From Octopus bimaculoides (lineage: Eukaryota): a stretch of 58,642 nt of DNA. Positions within the stretch are counted from its first letter, which is position 1; each line of letters opens with the position of its first letter. Made by a program: the position numbers and the translations under genes. Under the pieces are notes generated by a model, which saw nothing but the letters and a program-made list of their open reading frames with translations, was not told the DNA's origin and ran no database searches. Where the stretch lies: positions 48,854,227-48,912,868 of the forward strand of contig NC_068998.1 of assembly GCF_001194135.2 (NCBI RefSeq), in the 5' to 3' direction. Shown piece after piece: positions 40,565-52,300 of this stretch.

Positions 40565-40768
40565 GAAGGGTGCTGTCAGAATCGTTAGGAAACCGGGCAA
40601 AATTCTTGACGGCGTTTCGTCCGTCTTTATTTTCTGAGGCTGAGTTCAACTTTACCTTTCATCTTTTCGGGGTCGATAAAAAAAGTACAAGCTGAGTTCT
40701 GGGGTCAATGTAATCGACTTTCCCCTTTCCTGAAATTGCTAAGCTTGTGCCTAAATTTAGAACCAATT
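40565..40768 (+). mobile_element. SINE family B with an (AAT)n tail
   Basis: CTTTCATCTTTTCGGGGTCGATAAAAAAAGTAC...GGGGTCAATGTAATCGACT, followed by (AAT)n. Confidence 0.75.
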
Positions 40769-40770
40769 GC

Positions 40771-40802
<32 letters not shown>

Positions 40803-41945
40803 TAATAATAATAATTCTTTTATTTGCCACCAGGGCGACGAACATTTAGGGAAAGGTTTGAGGGGGTAATCTCAAATGATAAATGGTAGGGTGAAACCGA
40901 TTTCAAGTTATTTCCAAAGGTAATTTGAAATCGATTTCGCCCTACCTCCCGGTAATCTGTATGCGATTTCAGGTCACCGGGGCTGGGGTAAGTTGAATGG
41001 GAAGTACTCTGAAATCGATACACTGACTGTCTATGCCTGGAGTTCAAATCCTGTCGAGGTCAACTTGGATTTTTATTCTCTGAGTTGTTAAATAAAACGC
41101 CATTCTACAATCTGGGTTAATTCTGCTCTTATTCTTCCTGCGTGGATTTCGTTTCTTTTTTCTTTTTTATAGACGAAATTTTCTGTGGTCAGACCAGGAG
41201 AGAGATGGGTTCCATCAGCTGTATAAAGATCCCCAAGACATATCATTTGTCACCCTGCAACTTCATGAATGAGTTGAGAGCCCAAGACAAGGTAACACAC
41301 ACACATACATGCGCTGACAAGCTTTGGCACGGCTTTTTGTTCTCCCAAATTTCATTTAGGTGGCCTTAGCCAATACAAGGCTACAGCAGAAGACACTTAA
41401 CCAATGGGAAATAAGATGTGCTGGAGTAAGGCATTTTTATAGTAAATTGGTAAAATGTTTTACAGTACTTATGTTCTTGTTGCCTGTGGAACTCTTTTCT
41501 GGTCCTGAGGAAAAAGGTAAGTCTTTGTGATGCAGTAATTACTCTGCAGAACATTTGAGATCGTTAAAAGAACTATTTAGTAATGACAAAGCCTAGAATC
41601 TGGTTGTTGCTTATCTACATAGACTGAGGTGAACCATGTTTTGTGTTTGTGTGGTGGAAGGAGGAAAATGTTTTGATCTGATGAAAGGATGTTCTCGAAG
41701 TCTCCGTCTCCGGACTCAGTGATGGTGTGCTGTGAAGCGTCTAAGATTCACAGAGATGGCGCTTGAGTATGGAAGGGAGGAAATTAGTACCATCTTCATT
41801 TGAAAAGGGGTTGTTATAGGTAAAGACAATTAGAACATTGTGAGAAGTAAAAATGAACCTTGGGGGTCCACCAGAGTTTATAGAGTTAGCTCTATCTGCA
41901 CACGCCATATCTGTGCGATCTGACAGAAAACCACAGATCTACGAG

Positions 41946-41984
<39 letters not shown>

Positions 41985-43153
41985 NNNNNNNNNNNNNNNN
42001 NNNNNNNNNNNNNNNNNNNNNNNNNNNNNNNNNNNNNNNNNNNNNNNNNNNNNNNNNNNNNNNNNNNNNNNNNNNNNNNNNNNNNNNNNNNNNNNNNNNN
42101 NNNNNNNNNNNNNNNNNNNNNNNNNNNNNNNNNNNNNNNNNNNNNNNNNNNNNNNNNNNNNNNNNNNNNNNNNNNNNNNNNNNNNNNNNNNNNNNNNNNN
42201 NNNNNNNNNNNNNNNNNNNNNNNNNNNNNNNNNNNNNNNNNNNNNNNNNNNNNNNNNNNNNNNNNNNNNNNNNNNNNNNNNNNNNNNNNNNNNNNNNNNN
42301 NNNNNNNNNNNNNNNNNNNNNNNNNNNNNNNNNNNNNNNNNNNNNNNNNNNNNNNNNNNNNNNNNNNNNNNNNNNNNNNNNNNNNNNNNNNNNNNNNNNN
42401 NNNNNNNNNNNNNNNNNNNNNNNNNATATGGAGAGAGAGAGAGAGAGAGAGAGAGGAAATAGATAAACTGACAGATAAAAAGGCTGAGGGATGGACGGAT
42501 AAATCGACTGTTAGATAGAAGGACTAACAGATAAATGAACAGATAGATAGACATAGCGTGTCTCTGTTTGACAGATACAGCTTCTGTCTCTCAACGTTAG
42601 ACAAAAGACTAAACACCATTGTTGTTCTCTTTCTGTTAAAATACGCTACTTTTATTTAAATTAATGTGGAAACCAATGGAAGACTTATCAAAACAATTTT
42701 GTCGTTTTTATATCGGTGCTTGAAACACAAATTAGCATGAGATTTTCTCGGAATACTTTAATTTAATTTATCAGAAGGTTTCTTAACATAAAACCAAGGG
42801 CGGGCTCAGACGAATTAGTATCAAAGAAGTGCCGTATTTAAATTTATCAGAAAAATTTGCAAACCAAACTTTTTAAACCTGTAACTGCATTAACGATACC
42901 TGCATAAAAGGATGTGCATGGTTTAGTAAAGATTGTGGTTTCAATTGCTGACCGGGCATTGTGTTCTTTAACAAAACACTTCATTATTATATTTATTATA
43001 TCCCTTCATCGGAGATGGTGTGAGAGGATGGTTAAGCAATAGTTAGTTGAGATAAGATAGGAAATAGAGAGTGAATGTAGAGATATTGTATTTGTAAATC
43101 CATTGTTCAGGCAGAATGGTATACATATAATAGTGTAACCATCCTCTCACACC

Positions 43154-43201
43154 GTCTCTGATGAAGGGATATAATAAATATCCTGGAAACAGCTGTAAGA
43201 C
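43154..43201 (+). ncRNA. Minimal type I hammerhead ribozyme
   Basis: GTCT-CTGATGA-A-GGGATAT aataa ATATCCT-G-GAAAC-AGCT-GTA-AGAC: 4-bp stem I, 7-bp stem II, palindromic stem III ACAGCTGT, GUA triplet. Confidence 0.7.
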
Positions 43202-43378
43202 CTATTTGTAAATGTTCTATATTATACACAGCCTTGGTTTTTTTTTAAATCTCATTACGAAAAGTAAATCCTTATATTCACACGCTGATATATGACCTAC
43301 GTTGGACCCCTTATTCATATAATCACCAAACTTGGAGCTTAACCTCTGGGTCTAATTGACACCACCATCGCTCATAAC

Positions 43379-43460
<82 letters not shown>

Positions 43461-44499
43461 CACACATACAGACACACACACACACACACACACGTATTTA
43501 TGCATTTTTTTCTACTTTTCTTTCAATCTCTTTCTTAATTTTCTTTCAATCTCTCTCCTTAAATATGTGAGTGATAGAAATTTAAGATTTGGCAGCGATA
43601 ATGGTTTATTTGCGTCAAATGGATATTTCAGATAATACCTCTGTCAAATGAAGATTTTAGATAACACAGTTGGAATCAAAACTATTAATATTTATACTTA
43701 TTATATAATTATTTACAATAATTTATGATTATTATAATATAATTAATTTTAATCATTATAATGCTTTCATTGATCACTTTGAAAAAAAAAAAAATTCTGG
43801 ATAAAATTTGTTTGTTGTCAATAACAGTTTTTGTAGATAAGAGAGGCAACTCTGGACTGATGTTCCACCGCCAAACTTAGACGCCATTCTTACAGAAATA
43901 ATGATGCTAGAATCACGAAGTATATAATATATTTGTGAAAATGTGGAAATTTACCTTATTTAAAGAAATGAAATCACAAACGTTAATTTTTAAACACGTC
44001 ATCTACATGAGAAAACAATTGTTGATATAGTATCAGAAATCTAATAAAAAAATTTATATGGTTGAGTAGGGACATTATTTCGTAACGTAGTATTATATTC
44101 ACCCTTTTGTCATCTACAGGAGACTACTACCAGTATGTTTCGGTGTTATCAGCCCTCTCCAGCGAGGAATATTTTACACTGTACATGTAGTAGTAACGAG
44201 GTTATCAGTAAATACAAGTAGAAGGTTGTAAGTTTATGTTGTTTTTGTCCCTCGCCACATAATCATTTCTAATTAAAATTTTGATACTCATTATATTAAA
44301 TATATGAATGCTAACTTAACTATGGTTAATCCAATGGGATGGTGTCTCTGTATAAAGTAACCTCACCAAATATTTTAAAAATTACTTTAAGTGAATTAAG
44401 GACCCACTAATAGTTTTTTATAGTGAAGGACCCCAGAGGAAAAGTCGACTCTACACCCAGCACAAAAGTGGAAATGTTTTCCCTTCTGTTATTATCACA

Positions 44500-44790
44500 G
44501 TGGAGGTAAATTGCTTAGTGGTTAAGGTGTTGGACTCATGATCGTATGACTGCGGTTCGATTCCTAGACTGGGCGATGGGTTGTGTTCTTGAGCAAAACA
44601 CTTCATTTTACGTTGCTTCACTCCACTCAGCTGGCGAAAACGAGTAATTTGAAATTGACCGGATTCTCGTCCAGGAAGTGGGGAATATTTACGCCAAAGA
44701 ATCCGGAAACCGGTCTTCTGATCTTCTGTCTTGGGAACGACCTTTGACCCTTTTGTCTTATCACATGTGGTTCATCAGTTGTTGTTATGG
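44500..44790 (+). mobile_element. CORE-like SINE
   Basis: TGCTTAGTGGTTAAGG...GGTTCGATTCC...TTCTTGAGCAAAACACTTCATTTTACGTTGC. Confidence 0.7.
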
Positions 44791-45105
44791 AAGACTACTC
44801 ATGACGAAAACCCCTCATTTGACCTACATCGATGAACAGGTGCAATATAACTGGTATAACATTGGGAAATCTGCCTGTTACAATGAACAACCATGCTTAT
44901 TGGACGTCCTTTGTCTGAGTTCTTTTGTAAGAAAAAGAACTTGTCACAACCACTTGAAGGAGGCAAATCCTTGTGGGTCGTAGATATCACTGTTCTCAAC
45001 AATAGTCGGTGAGGTACCATCTCTTCGGTTTTCTTCTCTAGAACTTTCTTCATTCGGTCTTTCAGTCAGCTTATCTGTCTCATCGTTGAAGTCTGTCGTA
45101 TTTAC

Positions 45106-45123
45106 TTAATTCTTCTCTGGTGT
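45106..45123 (-). CDS. Bcl-2-like gene, probable terminal coding exon (TPEKN*)
   Basis: Strongest downstream acceptor (TTTTCTTTTGTTCTTTCAG|ACACCAG); phase 0 gives TPEKN then TAA. Weaker alternative acceptors exist near 45659 and 45597. Confidence 0.55.
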   Translation of the reverse strand, partial: TPEKN

Positions 45124-46212
45124 CTGAAAGAACAAAAGAAAATGTGGTGTTTATATGTTAATTACATATTAAGCATGGCTATGTCAACCGGAAACATGAC
45201 ATCTGTATACTAAAAGGAATAGTCTACAAAATGGTTACTATAAAGTTTACAATGAAGTTTATAAACTGTGTAGAAAGTAACATACAAAAACACTACAAAA
45301 ATGTTAAGAAAACATCTATAATTACAATAGGGAGTCTAAAGAAGAATGATGCACATGCGTATACAAGAAATTGCTACCTTATCTCCAAATTGAACACAAA
45401 AGGTGAGATAATAACATGAAAAGCGTGAAGAAAAATGACACATTACAATCTATAAGTGAAAATATAACGAAATCTACAGCAATATTACAGAAGTTATAGC
45501 AAAAAGGGCAAACATAGAAAAAATGCAGGGAAAACCAGCTAAGATAGACCAAAATAACACTATGGAATGGTCAAGAAAAGGATCTACACAGGAATCTCTA
45601 AAAGAAACGGTCTTCAAAAAGGAACACAGGAACACAATGGAGTCAACAGAATAGAATAGCTTGAGATGTGCAAAAAAAAAAAAAAAATGGAAATAGTTCA
45701 CAACATTATGTCAAAGGTATCTAGAAAATAATTTAAATTTTACAAAAATATTGTATAGTAAAAAATGCAAAGACAGGAAATGAAAACCTACCCAGTCACC
45801 ATTTGAAGTGAAATTATCATGAATGTATGTAACAGCATGCTGTTCAACTATATTGTCACTACTGAATGAAGGGTAAGCAGATGTATATCGTCGACAGATT
45901 TCAAATACTGCAACTAGCTGGAAGAAGAAAAGACAATATATAAATATGTGTTACATGAGGTCTCTCCATACACTTTCTGCAACTTTGCGTAGGCTTCTGG
46001 GCAGGTGTCGCCATAACAACAATCACCCGATACGCACCTTCCTTCCAAGCACTGCTGTAAATAGCAGAAGTGAGCTAGAACGGTAAAACTTAGTGCGCAT
46101 ACAGAGCAGAGTTCAAGGAGCTTCACTCTGAATGGTTTAGCTTCGTTACTATAGCAACAGTTCAAATACTTATTGATCAGACCTCGTATATGTATATGTA
46201 CATCTATCTACT

Positions 46213-46308
<96 letters not shown>

Positions 46309-49300
46309 TATCCTGATAATTTATCCTGATCACACTATTTATAGCATTATCACGCGTTTGAGAAATAAATTTATTTTTGTATCTTACAATACATCTCAAC
46401 GCTTCTAAAAAAGAACAAACTTTGTTTGTTTACTTTCATCGTAAAGTTGACTTTAACGTTAGCGTCTTATGAAGCTACATTTATAAGTTCTAAAATTGCA
46501 GAAGAATTCGTTGCTGGGCAGTTTAGTTTAATGGTAAAACACTTGACATGTAATCACAGAGATGTGAGTTCGAGTCTCATGGCTGGCCGGCAACGTATTT
46601 TTCTGCATTATATGGATAATTTATCCTGATCACGCGTTTGAGAAATAAATTTATTTCTGTATCTTACATATATAAATAGATATATATATATATATAAGAA
46701 GCCTGTATTTCCTCACACTGTTCCACCAGACCTATGCTGTTTGTGTATGTACATGTGTACGTGTTTATGTATGTGAGTGTGAGACAGATTGAGGGGAAGA
46801 GAAAGTGAAAGCGAGCGAATCATTTTAAAGTGTGTTAATTTAGAGATTATATAGACCATTTAAACAAAACAAAACGAAAAAAAAAAAAAAACGATTCTGG
46901 ATAAAGAATCAGAAGTATTTTGTTTTTGGATTTGGTTTGCAAGAAGTATAATATCTTATTTATACACTAAGCGTCTAACAGTTCTAAAGGAGGATAGGAA
47001 CAGCAGCCTTTAATTTTGAATTTTAAAAAATTAATTTAAAATGGGACATAAGTGTAGATGTTATAAATTTTTCGTGACGTAATATGAAAAATGAAAAAGG
47101 AGAATAGATTGCTGTTACCTGTAGACTTCGTTCTGTAATGTTTGATAACAGTTTCTTGGCAGCCTTTTTGAAATTATCATATTCAATCAATCTAGATTCG
47201 TATTCACGAACAACGCTGTTGGTATTGTCACGATATTTTCCGTCCAATTCGTCACCCATCCGCATTAAGTTGCGTCCAACTCCCTGACAGTTTGATACAT
47301 TTAGTTTAGCTGATTTAGGAAAACAATATATTAGTAAGAATGTATGTATGTATGTATGTCTGTAAGTATGCATGCATGCAAATAGGTATACACATATATA
47401 CAGAAAATAAAATGTACTAGTTTTTGATTTTTTAAAATTTATTAATTCATTCCTAAATATGTAATTTCAGTCAAATTGCTGCAAAATGCAACATTATACG
47501 TTCCAAATATTGGTTATTAATGTATAGAGCATTGACTCTGTTAATTTATGTGTCTATAAAAGGTGCAGTTCTCCATTTGTTTTATACAAGACTTCACAGT
47601 CCACTGGCCGTGCTGTTTTAAATTATAACAAGGAAAACTGGATATATAAAAAAAGAAGTTAATTATAAAAGATACCCTCAAAAACTCTGTATTGTGTTCT
47701 TTAGGATATTTGTCTTTGTATCGACTCAGTAGAACCAACAAGAAGCGTAACTAACCGGATTTTGCTGTTGGGGAGTCAGCTTCCCATTCATCGTAAGTTG
47801 AAGTAAGTGCATTACGTAACTTTATATATTCCCGTAGAAGTTCTGGGGTGTTTCCGACAATATAGGCTGGCTGAAGTATTCTGGAATAGATATGTTCAAA
47901 AATATCATTCTATATCTGTATGTATGTGTACACATACATACATACACACATACATACACACATACATACCCTGAAATCTTACCCAAAGAAATTGCAAGAC
48001 TCTACCGTAACATAACATCAGAGGAGAGGATGAATGCATTCCAGCAGAAGACCATGCATGGATACGTTAACAGAAAGCTCCAGGGTGATAACAACATTGA
48101 CAACCAGAGAAGTCTATCGTGGACAAACAATCGGGTCACCAACTCTCACTTTGAAGGGTATGCCTTTGCTATTCAAGAACAAGAAATAGCAACCAAATTC
48201 CTAATAAACAAACGGGACAGAGAGGCGGGCAAAGCGCCACAATGTAATAACCGATGCAGACTCTGTGGAATCAGTATCGAAGATATCACACACATCATCA
48301 GCAGCTGTCCAAAAATGTCATCACGGTATTACCTACCTATGAGACATGATGTTGTGGCCAAGACACTGTACAATGAAATCCGCCGACAGGATAACCCCGG
48401 GGCTAAGTAGATGAAGACCCATATGAGGTAGAGGCCATTATCACTCACAATATAAAAGAGTATTGGTGGAATGTCCGAATAAAAACCTCAATAAAATGCA
48501 GACATAATAGACCGGATATAGTAATCTGGGACAGAGGAGAAACAGTGTACAGTAGTAGAAATCAGCTGTCCTGCGGATGTCAACATCACGCTAAAGCTTA
48601 GAGAAAAAGAGAACAACTACGCCGAGCTACTGAGAAATTTGCAGATACTCCACCCAGACTACAAGTTCAGATTCATACCCGTGATTGTTGAGGCATTGGG
48701 ATATGTAACGAACTGCCTCAACAAAAACCTGGAAAAATTAGGGTTCTCAAAACCTGAAAGAAAAAGGCTGATTAGAAGAATACAGATTCAAACCGTCAAT
48801 GGAACTGTAAAGATATGTAAAACTTTCCAAAAGTTTAGCACATAAATACATATGCATGCATCTAGACATGAAAATATATACATAAAAACGCATCCATNNN
48901 NNNNNNNNNNNNNNNNNNNNNNNNNNNNNNNNNNNNNNNNNNNNNNNNNNNNNNNNNNNNNNNNNNNNNNNNNNNNNNNNNNNNNNNNNNNNNNNNNNNN
49001 NNNNNNNNNNNNNNNNNNNNNNNNNNNNNNNNNNNNNNNNNNNNNNNNNNNNNNNNNNNNNNNNNNNNNNNNNNNNNNNNNNNNNNNNNNNNNNNNNNNN
49101 NNNNNNNNNNNNNNNNNNNNNNNNNNNNNNNNNNNNNNNNNNNNNNNNNNNNNNNNNNNNNNNNNNNNNNNNNNNNNNNNNNNNNNNNNNNNNNNNNNNN
49201 NNNNNNNNNNNNNNNNNNNNNNNNNNNNNNNNNNNNNNNNNNNNNNNNNNNNNNNNNNNNNNNNNNNNNNNNNNNNNNNNNNNNNNNNNNNNNNNNNNNN

Positions 49301-52300
49301 NNNNNNNNNNNNNNNNNNNNNNNNNNNNNNNNNNNNNNNNNNNNNNNNNNNNNNNNNNNNNNNNNNNNNNNNNNNNNNNNNNNNNNNNNNNNNNNNNNNN
49401 NNNNNNNNNNNNNNNNNNNNNNNNNNNNNNNNNNNNNNNNNNNNNNNNNNNNNNNNNNNNNNNNNNNNNNNNNNNNNNNNNNNNNNNNNNNNNNNNNNNN
49501 NNNNNNNNNNNNNNNNNNNNNNNNNNNNNNNNNNNNNNNNNNNNNNNNNNNNNNNNNNNNNNNNNNNNNNNNNNNNNNNNNNNNNNNNNNNNNNNNNTAT
49601 ATATATATATATATATATAATTTTTGAAATGGTCAAATTTGTACATTGAGGTGTGGTCTGTACTTTTGTATGAACAAGTTTTCCTTGTTTAGGCATTCTT
49701 GTACTGAGATTGAATCTTTGTATTGGTATAATGGGAAGATATGAAAATTCGGTGTTTTATTACTTGCTCATCTGTTGATATGTCCGCTCAGTGCTATCTG
49801 CCTGTATTGAGGGAAATGAATCTGTTGTTTATGCAGTGTGACTCTTATTTGAGAATGTTTGTCCCTGCTGGAATGTGAATTCCGAGCCTTCAGTTAGGTA
49901 TGGGTATGCACCACAATTAGGTCGTCTGCATTTTTTAACTGTTAGTATCGTTTGTATTGAGTAGAGTTTTGCATTTGTTAGGAGTCTTTTGAGTGATTTG
50001 TCTTGTCTTTTGCATTTAAGGAGTTTGTGTGTATTTAGGATGCTGTTCATTTTCGGGTCTTGATTGAGCAGAGGGAGATTTTGTATAATTGTGCTGTATG
50101 CTTCGTAACTGAATACCAACCACGTTCAAATACATTTCACAGAAGAATGGAGACAAATACCACTAACGCTATAGCAACTTTCGCTGAAGTTACCACAACA
50201 ATAGCCACTGACACATCTACTGCTGTTGCTACTACTATTGAGTAAGAGTTAGAAGAAAATGAAACACCATTGTGATGTGGCATTTTTATACAAAAAAGCT
50301 TGTGATTTTTCAAAACTGGTTTTGTGTTAATCTAATTTATTGCAATTTGTTTTAACTTTTTGTTCATCATGTCTAAGCTGTTTTTTTCCCCACACGATTC
50401 AAATTAGTAACTTATTTAGAAAAGAATATATTATCTAAATGATTTCTCATGTTCCTTTGATAAAGTTCTCAATGTATTTCCCTTTGTGAATATGAAATTT
50501 CTTTACCTTATATCCACCCATCCATCCATCCTATTTATCCCCAGGAAGCTGGACTGCTTCCTATTGGCCTTGACACATTACCTGTGTCCTTATATTTGCG
50601 ATGGGGAGACAAGCACCCCCATCCATCCTTGTGTGCGTTCAGGGACATGTTTCTGAGTCATTGCTCGTCATCAGCCTGAAGTAGCAACACCAGCTGGCTG
50701 AAGATGCTTGTCAAACCCCCGCAAATATAAGGACACAGGAAATGTGTCAAGGCCGACAGGAAGTGGTCCAGCTTCCTAGGGATAAATAGCAGCAGTATGA
50801 TTCCCTTATTGGGATTGTCACATTAAGTTGACAGTTGGCACTCCGTCGCTTACGACGTTCAGGGTTCCAGTTGATCCGATCAACAGAACAGCCTGCTCAG
50901 GAAATTTACGTGCAAGTGGCTGAGCACTCCACAGACACGTGTACCTTTAACCTAGTTCTCGGAGATATTCAGCGTGACACAGTGTGACAAGGCTGACCCT
51001 TTTGAATTACAGGCACAACAGAAACAGGAAGTAAGAGTGAGAGAAAGTTGTGGTGAAAGCGTACAGCAGGGTTCGCCACCATCCCCTGCCGGAGCCTCGT
51101 GGAGCTTTAGGTGTTTTCGCTCAATAAACACTCACAGCGCCTGGTCTGGGAATCGAAACCGCGATCGTATGACCGCGAGTCCGCTGCCCTAACCACTGGG
51201 CCATTGCGCCGCCACTAAGTTGACAGTATACAACTGCTTTAAAATATTAAGAATTTATAGACAATAATAAGAAATACATATAACCTACATATTAAGAGAC
51301 AAGGAATTAAAATTAGGGGCATGGAAATGATAAAGGTAACCCGGAAAGAGGGGGTAATAGGCAAGGAAGTAGTGAGGGTAGTTAAAGGTATTCAGACCAA
51401 AGAGATTTTATAAGTTTATAATGTTACTGGTGTTATTGCATGTATGATTTTATAGTTCCTAGGGGGTTTAGGGTTTAGTCAAAGGGAGACTTACTTACAT
51501 AAAGTCACGACAAATATACAGAATATGACCATTTAGGTGGAACATCATAGAAAGGAAAATAATGTAATCACCAAAATAGGATGAAGTCAGACCAGCTACG
51601 CAGGGGTTATCATGGGATAGTATTATATATAGCACAGCACATACCACAACACATAGCATATAACATATATGTAATGCAATATAATTGATCATATAACAAA
51701 ATATCACATGATTTTTTTTATATTTGATACTGGAGGATAAGTTTATAATGAATACGACACCAAATTTAATTTCCACTATGAAAATTCAAGTATGATAACT
51801 ATAATTGCCAGTTCCGAAAATACTTGAATGTACGGGTTTTGCGGGTAATACTGGACTGACTCGGTGCTTCAACTTAAGTACCTAATTCAACTGAATCTCA
51901 GTTATTTACATCCATCCATACGTATATATATATATGCATACATACATATATACATGAATACATACATATATACATACCTACATATATATATNNNNNNNNN
52001 NNNNNNNNNNNNNNNNNNNNNNNNNNNNNNNNNNNNNNNNNNNNNNNNNNNNNNNNNNNNNNNNNNNNNNNNNNNNNNNNNNNNNNNNNNNNNNNNNNNN
52101 NNNNNNNNNNNNNNNNNNNNNNNNNNNNNNNNNNNNNNNNNNNNNNNNNNNNNNNNNNNNNNNNNNNNNNNNNNNNNNNNNNNNNNNNNNNNNNNNNNNN
52201 NNNNNNNNNNNNNNNNNNNNNNNNNNNNNNNNNNNNNNNNNNNNNNNNNNNNNNNNNNNNNNNNNNNNNNNNNNNNNNNNNNNNNNNNNNNNNNNNNNNN

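Noticed and set aside
41465-41516. + strand exon-like segment with a strong AAG|GTAAGT donor
   Set aside because: It has a stop in the phase needed to join the other + strand candidates and lies in what looks like an old LINE relic.
51495-51610. Alternative phase-2 upstream exon for the Bcl-2-like gene (...MMFHLNGHILYICRDF|GTAAGT)
   Set aside because: The donor is good, but the acceptor is weak and the peptide unconvincing. The 53082-53017 exon has a far stronger acceptor and Kozak ATG. Not fully excluded as a minor exon.
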